From NCBI GenBank assembly GCA_024642245.1, contig JAHEBM010000008.1, forward strand, positions 9,804-73,803: 64,000 nucleotides of DNA, in the 5' to 3' direction. Shown here one piece after another: positions 58,964 through 64,000 of the stretch (positions are counted from its first letter, which is position 1; every line of letters starts with the position of its first letter). The notes under the pieces were generated by a model. It saw only the letters and a list, made by a program, of their open reading frames with translations. It made no database searches and was not told the origin of the DNA. The position numbers and the translations under genes were made by a program. This stretch comes from Haliea sp. (GTDB lineage Bacteria > Pseudomonadota > Gammaproteobacteria > Pseudomonadales > Halieaceae).

Positions 58964-59176
58964 GCAAATTTCCCTAGATGTATCTGGTTGTTGGAAGCGA
59001 GTCAGATAGTAGCAGCTTGCGGCCGTGCTTGCATTTATTGAAGCTGAAAGGAAAAGGTGCATTTTGCCCGCCGATTGTGTCATCTTAGGTGCTACACTTT
59101 GCAGGCATCAGCGGCGCTTCGGGCTTCGGAGCCCTATGCGGGCGGGTACAGTAATTTAACGGGTGGTTTTCTGGAA

Positions 59177-59635
59177 ATGATGGTGCAGCGGGCTAGGAAA
59201 AAGCCCTTCAAGGTTGACCTTGCCGACATGCACGCCGTGTGTGAAGCCAACTACGCTCGCCTCTTGCGCCTGTTTCCCGGATATGAAAATACCAATACCC
59301 GGGAATTCCATGTGGCGGATGCCAGGGTGCGCCTGGAAGTGATCGAGCGCTGCCGCTATACCACTATATTTCACCTGCATCAGCACCACGCCCATGACAC
59401 CTGGCTGGGGCGCCTGCGGGTAGAAGTGCGCGCCTATCACGATGCCGGCATGCTCGAGGTGGGTATGTTCCAGTCCCACCGCAAAGTCGCCGCCCGTTAT
59501 CGGTACCCCAATGAGCGCATGTACCAGCAGGATGAGAAAGCCCAGCAGAATCGCTTCCTGGCCGACTGGCTGGAACACTGCCTGCAGAACGGTCGCGCGC
59601 GCCTGGAGCATGGGCCCGCCGGCGTAACGCTCTGA
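59177..59635 (+). CDS. DUF1249 (YqiB-like) protein
   Basis: CEANYARLLRLFP is the family N-terminal motif. It sits directly upstream of cpdA, as in enterobacteria. Confidence 0.8.
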   Translation: MMVQRARKKPFKVDLADMHAVCEANYARLLRLFPGYENTNTREFHVADARVRLEVIERCRYTTIFHLHQHHAHDTWLGRLRVEVRAYHDAGMLEVGMFQSHRKVAARYRYPNERMYQQDEKAQQNRFLADWLEHCLQNGRARLEHGPAGVTL

Positions 59636-59661
59636 CACGGCGTATCCCGATACCTGATTTC

Positions 59662-60501
59662 ATGTCCCAGCCTCGTCCCGATAGCCACGTTATCAGTCAT
59701 CCCGGCGGCATTGTCCGCCTGGTGCAACTCACCGACACCCACCTGTGCAAGCGGCAGGGGGGAACTCTTCTGGGCATGGATACGGACGATTCGCTGCAGG
59801 CCGTTATCAACCTGGTGAAAGCCGAGCAAGCGCAGATCGACCTGCTGCTTGGCACAGGGGATCTTTCCGACCAGGGTGCGCTGGAAGCCTACAGGCGCCT
59901 GCTGCAGTATTTTGCCCAACTTACCGATACCAGTTGCTGGCTGCCCGGCAACCACGATGACCGGGCCAACATGACCGCTGTAGCCGACAATTCCCTGCGC
60001 TTGTGTCGCGAGATCAGGTTGGGTCGCTGGCAGGTCGTGATGCTCGATTCCCAGGTAGCCGGTGAGGTCGGTGGCGAACTGGGTCCAGGTGAACTGGCGC
60101 TGCTGGAAGCTGCCCTCACGGCTGCAGCCGATGAGGGCCTGTATTCGCTGGTCTGTCTCCACCACCAGCCGGTACAAATCGGTTGTGAGTGGCTGGATGA
60201 GCAGATGGTGGCTGACGCGGACGCATTTTTTGCCGTGCTGGACCGCTTCAAGGGTGTCAGGGGTGTGCTGTGGGGACATGTGCACCAGCAGATAGATCGC
60301 CGTCGCGGCGATGTCCAGTTGATGGCCTCTCCTTCTACCTGTGTGCAGTTCGCGCCCGGTAGCGCCGGCTTCAAGGCGGATGCGGCGCCGCCAGGCTACC
60401 GTTGGCTGGAATTGTGTGAGGACGGTACGCTGCGCACCGGGGTGTCCCGGGTGCAGGGAGTGCTATTCAAGGTGGACCTGGATTCCGGTGGCTATCTTTA
60501 G
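59662..60501 (+). CDS. cpdA: 3',5'-cyclic-AMP phosphodiesterase
   Basis: Metallophosphoesterase motifs: LTDTHL, GDLSD, GNHD, LHH and GHVH. Confidence 0.9.
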   Translation: MSQPRPDSHVISHPGGIVRLVQLTDTHLCKRQGGTLLGMDTDDSLQAVINLVKAEQAQIDLLLGTGDLSDQGALEAYRRLLQYFAQLTDTSCWLPGNHDDRANMTAVADNSLRLCREIRLGRWQVVMLDSQVAGEVGGELGPGELALLEAALTAAADEGLYSLVCLHHQPVQIGCEWLDEQMVADADAFFAVLDRFKGVRGVLWGHVHQQIDRRRGDVQLMASPSTCVQFAPGSAGFKADAAPPGYRWLELCEDGTLRTGVSRVQGVLFKVDLDSGGYL

Positions 60502-60582
60502 TTGATCGCCTAGTTCGTCGCGCCCCGGTACAATGGGGCCCATCCTATTTGATTCGCAGTTGTAAGCAGACAAGCCAACATC

Positions 60583-62472
60583 ATGAGTAATTACACCGCA
60601 GAAGACATCGAAGTCCTGACCGGCCTCGAGCCCGTGCGCAAGCGCCCGGGTATGTACACCGATACATCCCGGCCCAATCACCTGGCCCAGGAGGTCATCG
60701 ACAACAGCGTCGACGAGGCCCTGGCGGGGCATGCCAGCCAGATCGATGTGATCCTGCACCGGGATGGCTCTGTCACTGTAGCCGATGACGGTCGCGGTAT
60801 GCCGGTGGATATCCACCCGGAGCAGGGCGTGCCCGGGGTTGAGGTCATCCTGTGCACCCTGCATGCCGGCGGTAAGTTTTCCAACAAGAATTACCAGTAC
60901 AGTGGCGGCCTGCATGGCGTGGGCGTGTCGGTAGTGAATGCCTTGTCCAGCGCACTGCAAATTGTTATTCGCCGTGATGGTCAGGTGTATCGCATGACCT
61001 TTGCCGGGGGTGACAAGAAAACCGATCTCGAGGTGATCGACACCTGCGGCAAGCGCAACACCGGCACTGCGGTGACCTTTCAGCCCGACCCGCGCTATTT
61101 TGACTCCGTTAATTTTTCCGTCCCCAGGCTGCGGCACGTGCTGCGCGCCAAGGCAGTACTGTGCCCGGGCCTGCGCGTGACATTCATCGAGGAGAAATCC
61201 GCGGAGAAGGATGAATGGTATTACGAGGACGGCCTGACCGATTATCTCGCGGACGCCACTATCGATTTTCCGGTGATACCGGAGGTGCCTTTCGTGGGCA
61301 GTTTCAGCGGCAGCAACGAAGGCGTTGACTGGGCCGTACAGTGGCTACCCGAAGGTGGCGAGGTGGTCGCGGAATCCTACGTCAACCTTATTCCCACTTC
61401 CCAGGGTGGCACCCATGTGAATGGCTTGCGCACCGGGCTGCTTGAAGCCATGCGAGACTTTTGCGAGCTGCGCAGCCTGCTGCCAAGGGGCGTGAAGCTG
61501 GCGCCGGATGACGTCTGGGATCGCTGTTGTTATGTGTTGTCTTCCAAGCTGGAAGACCCGCAGTTTTCGGGCCAGACCAAGGAGCGCCTGTCATCTCGCG
61601 AAGCGGCGGCATTTGTTTCGGGGGTGGCCAGGGACGCTTTCAGCCTGTGGTTGCACCAGCATACAGGGGAGGCGGAGAGGCTCGCTGAGCTATGCATAAA
61701 CAATGCCCAGAGCCGCTTGCGTTCTGCCAAGAAAGTGGTCCGCAAACGCGTCACCTCGGGCCCCGCTTTGCCGGGCAAACTTGCGGATTGCTCCGGGGAA
61801 GACCCGACCCGGGGGGAGCTGTTCCTGGTAGAGGGAGACTCCGCCGGCGGTTCCGCGAAACAGGCCAGGGACCGCGAGTTCCAGGCCATCCTTCCCCTGC
61901 GCGGCAAGATCCTCAACACCTGGGAGGTGGATTCCCAGGAGATTCTTGCGTCGCAGGAAGTGAACAATATATCGGTGGCTATGGGGGTCGACCCCGCCAG
62001 TGATGACCTGTCAGGCCTGCGCTACCACAAGGTATGCATCCTGGCCGATGCGGATTCCGATGGCCTCCATATTGCCACCCTGATCTGTGCGCTGTTTGTG
62101 CGCCACTTCCGGCCGTTGGTTGCCGCGGGCCACGTTTACGTGGCCATGCCGCCCTTGTATCGAATCGATGTCGGCAAGGACGTGTACTATGCCCTGGACG
62201 AAGGTGAAAAACAGGGCGTGCTTGACCGCATCGAGGCGGAAAAGAAAAAGGGCAAGGTCAATGTCCAGCGGTTCAAGGGTCTTGGTGAGATGAACCCCCT
62301 GCAGTTGCGCGAGACTACCATGGCCCCCGATACGCGGCGCCTCGTGCGCCTTGCGCTGGATCCGGGTGACGGTACCAACCAGATGCTGGATATGCTGTTG
62401 GCAAAGAAGCGGGCCGGCGATCGCAAGGCCTGGCTTGAAGAGAAAGGTGATCTGGCCGAAGTAGTGGCCTGA
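60583..62472 (+). CDS. parE: DNA topoisomerase IV subunit B
   Basis: 629 aa. A GHKL ATPase domain (EVIDNSVDEALAG, DDGRGMPV) and a Toprim domain (LVEGDSAGGSAKQ). The size and the cpdA-parE context favour ParE over GyrB. Confidence 0.93.
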   Translation: MSNYTAEDIEVLTGLEPVRKRPGMYTDTSRPNHLAQEVIDNSVDEALAGHASQIDVILHRDGSVTVADDGRGMPVDIHPEQGVPGVEVILCTLHAGGKFSNKNYQYSGGLHGVGVSVVNALSSALQIVIRRDGQVYRMTFAGGDKKTDLEVIDTCGKRNTGTAVTFQPDPRYFDSVNFSVPRLRHVLRAKAVLCPGLRVTFIEEKSAEKDEWYYEDGLTDYLADATIDFPVIPEVPFVGSFSGSNEGVDWAVQWLPEGGEVVAESYVNLIPTSQGGTHVNGLRTGLLEAMRDFCELRSLLPRGVKLAPDDVWDRCCYVLSSKLEDPQFSGQTKERLSSREAAAFVSGVARDAFSLWLHQHTGEAERLAELCINNAQSRLRSAKKVVRKRVTSGPALPGKLADCSGEDPTRGELFLVEGDSAGGSAKQARDREFQAILPLRGKILNTWEVDSQEILASQEVNNISVAMGVDPASDDLSGLRYHKVCILADADSDGLHIATLICALFVRHFRPLVAAGHVYVAMPPLYRIDVGKDVYYALDEGEKQGVLDRIEAEKKKGKVNVQRFKGLGEMNPLQLRETTMAPDTRRLVRLALDPGDGTNQMLDMLLAKKRAGDRKAWLEEKGDLAEVVA

Positions 62473-62499
62473 GGCGTGTTCAGGAGAACGAGGGTACAG

Positions 62500-63129
62500 A
62501 TGATGAAGACGACAAGAATGGCATGGCACAAAGGTTTCCGATGGTTTGCCCTGTTTTCGCTACTATCGGCAACGGGTGCCGCCTGGGCCCAGTGGGAACT
62601 GGATGCGGCCAAATCCGCGGTGAATTTTGTCTCGATCAAAAACGACGCGGTGGCGGAGATACACAGCTTTCCAGGGCTGCTGGGTTATGTCAGTGCGCAG
62701 GGAAATGTGCAGCTGGGGATCGACCTTGGCAGCGTGGAAACCCTGGTACCGATCCGCAATGAACGCATGCGCGAGATGCTGTTTGAAACCGCCCGGTTTC
62801 CTTCCGCCACGATAAGCGCAACAGTGGATCCCGAGATTATCGCTGCGGTGGCTGAAGGCGGCACGATGATGACAGACCTGACTTTTACCCTGGCCCTGCA
62901 CGGCGCCGAGAAGCAGCTTAGCGTTCCCGTCGCGCTGGTCGGTGAGAGCGGTGGGTCTATCCAGGTCTTTACCACCCGCCCCGTGATAATCAGCGCCGCC
63001 GATTTCGGGCTGGATACAGGTATCGCGGCACTGCAGCAGGTGGCGGGCCTGAAGGCCATCAGTACCGCGGTGCCCGTTACCGTGCACCTGGTGTTCAGGC
63101 GCGTCGACCAGGCCAGTGTTTCCCCTTAG
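62500..63129 (+). CDS. YceI family periplasmic protein
   Basis: Signal peptide, then WELDAAKSAVNFVS and an FPSATIS-type YceI motif. The ATG at 62500 follows GAGGG. Confidence 0.8.
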   Translation: MMKTTRMAWHKGFRWFALFSLLSATGAAWAQWELDAAKSAVNFVSIKNDAVAEIHSFPGLLGYVSAQGNVQLGIDLGSVETLVPIRNERMREMLFETARFPSATISATVDPEIIAAVAEGGTMMTDLTFTLALHGAEKQLSVPVALVGESGGSIQVFTTRPVIISAADFGLDTGIAALQQVAGLKAISTAVPVTVHLVFRRVDQASVSP

Positions 63130-63162
63130 CGGGCACAGGGCACAGCGGGCCTCTTACCCCGG

Positions 63163-64000
63163 TTACCGGTTTTTCGACAAGTCCTGTAACAATGTCTGGT
63201 AGCCGGGGTTCTGTGGTGAAATTTCTGTCAGTGTTTTGGCATAGGCCCGGGCCTGTTCCCCCTGGCCGAGCTCAGCGGTGTAATTGGCCAGCGCCAGCAA
63301 TACATCCTCGCTGCGCGGCAACTGGCGCAGCAGTCCCTGTAATTGAGTAACTGCCTCGCGTGGCTGCCCGAGGTCGTGGAGGGCGATCGCGTAGACGAAG
63401 CGGTGACGGCTGCCTACGGTTTCCAGTGCCGCGGCCTTGCCCAGGTATTCCAGCGCTTTCTGGGGCGTGCCGCTGCGGGTTTCCAGCAGGCCGAGAGAGT
63501 GCAGTGTTGCGCCATTGTCCGGCGCGAATGCCAGCACCTTCAACATAAGCTCCCTGGCCTGGTCATCGCGGTTCTGGCTGCGCAGCAGGTCGGCGAGGTT
63601 GAGATAGGCGGGCACCAGTTGCGGGTTGAGCAACAGGGCTTCCCGGTAGGCCGCCTCGGCGGAGGGGAGATCGCCACGCGCTGTGTAGAACACGCCCAGC
63701 TGCAGTTGTGTTTCGGGCATATCGGCATGCAGCTGCTGTAGCTCCAGGTACCACTTGAACAGCGCCTGCAGCTGGCTGGACTGCTGTGGGCTGACCTGGT
63801 CCAGAGGCACGCCCGCAAGGGACATCGCCACTTCCATGCGCACCGTGGCAACCTTGTCATCGATCAGCGCCTGCAACAACTGGTAGCGCTGGTGCAGCGG
63901 CAGGAAATCGAGGGAGCGCACCGCGCTTGCGCGCAGTATCGGGTCGTTGTCATAGAGCATCGAAGTGACGGTCTGGATCGCCTCGCGACCCCCGCCCTGG
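63163..64000 (-). CDS. TPR/HEAT-repeat protein, C-terminal part (partial, continues past the window edge)
   Basis: Repeated 34-residue A/L/Y-rich TPR units (AEAAYREALLLNPQLVPAYLNLADLL and others). The frame stays open upstream of the listed ATG through position 64000. Confidence 0.7.
   Translation of the reverse strand, partial: QGGGREAIQTVTSMLYDNDPILRASAVRSLDFLPLHQRYQLLQALIDDKVATVRMEVAMSLAGVPLDQVSPQQSSQLQALFKWYLELQQLHADMPETQLQLGVFYTARGDLPSAEAAYREALLLNPQLVPAYLNLADLLRSQNRDDQARELMLKVLAFAPDNGATLHSLGLLETRSGTPQKALEYLGKAAALETVGSRHRFVYAIALHDLGQPREAVTQLQGLLRQLPRSEDVLLALANYTAELGQGEQARAYAKTLTEISPQNPGYQTLLQDLSKNR

Noticed and set aside
1-64000. Scan for CRISPR arrays, IS elements or transposases, integrases, phage genes, tRNA or rRNA, toxin-antitoxin pairs and known defence-system signatures
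   Set aside because: None recognised. The only direct repeat found is the 14-bp x3 tract at 29923-29964. I saw no repeat-spacer periodicity and no mobility gene motifs.

Overview
GC-rich chromosomal segment with gammaproteobacterial, Pseudomonas-like gene order. It is almost entirely housekeeping. In order: aroE; a complete aa3-type cytochrome c oxidase cluster (coxB-coxA-cox11-coxC, a small membrane protein, SURF1, a CxxxC protein, ctaB, SCO); polA; engB; cytochromes c5 and c4; dsbA; a cysteine-synthase/MFS/SDR/Lrp block; leuA; a GGDEF protein; ilvD; a porin; argA; argE; DUF47-pit; an orphan GspE-family ATPase; glnE-ilvE fused to an LPS inner-core operon (waaF-waaC-waaG-waaP plus a kinase); dTDP-rhamnose genes; hldE; waaA; tolC; cpdA; parE. 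I saw no tRNA, rRNA, CRISPR array, transposase, integrase or phage genes. Many long antisense ORFs in the track are GC-driven artefacts, and several track ORFs carry spurious N-terminal extensions that I trimmed. The accessory content sits inside the LPS region. (i) A minus-strand islet at 42.7-45.1 kb interrupts the kinase operon and contains a truncated GNAT remnant. (ii) A tightly coupled glycosyltransferase / methyltransferase / prenyltransferase-fold toroid / methyltransferase module at 48.9-52.5 kb has no obvious assigned function and is my best candidate for an undescribed system. Other points: a Spot42/ErsA-type sRNA candidate with a sigmaE-like promoter between polA and engB; a SCO-like CxxxC protein in the cox cluster; no heme A synthase in that cluster; and a glycosyltransferase lacking a canonical start codon. 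All homology calls come from motif recognition by eye. No searches were run.
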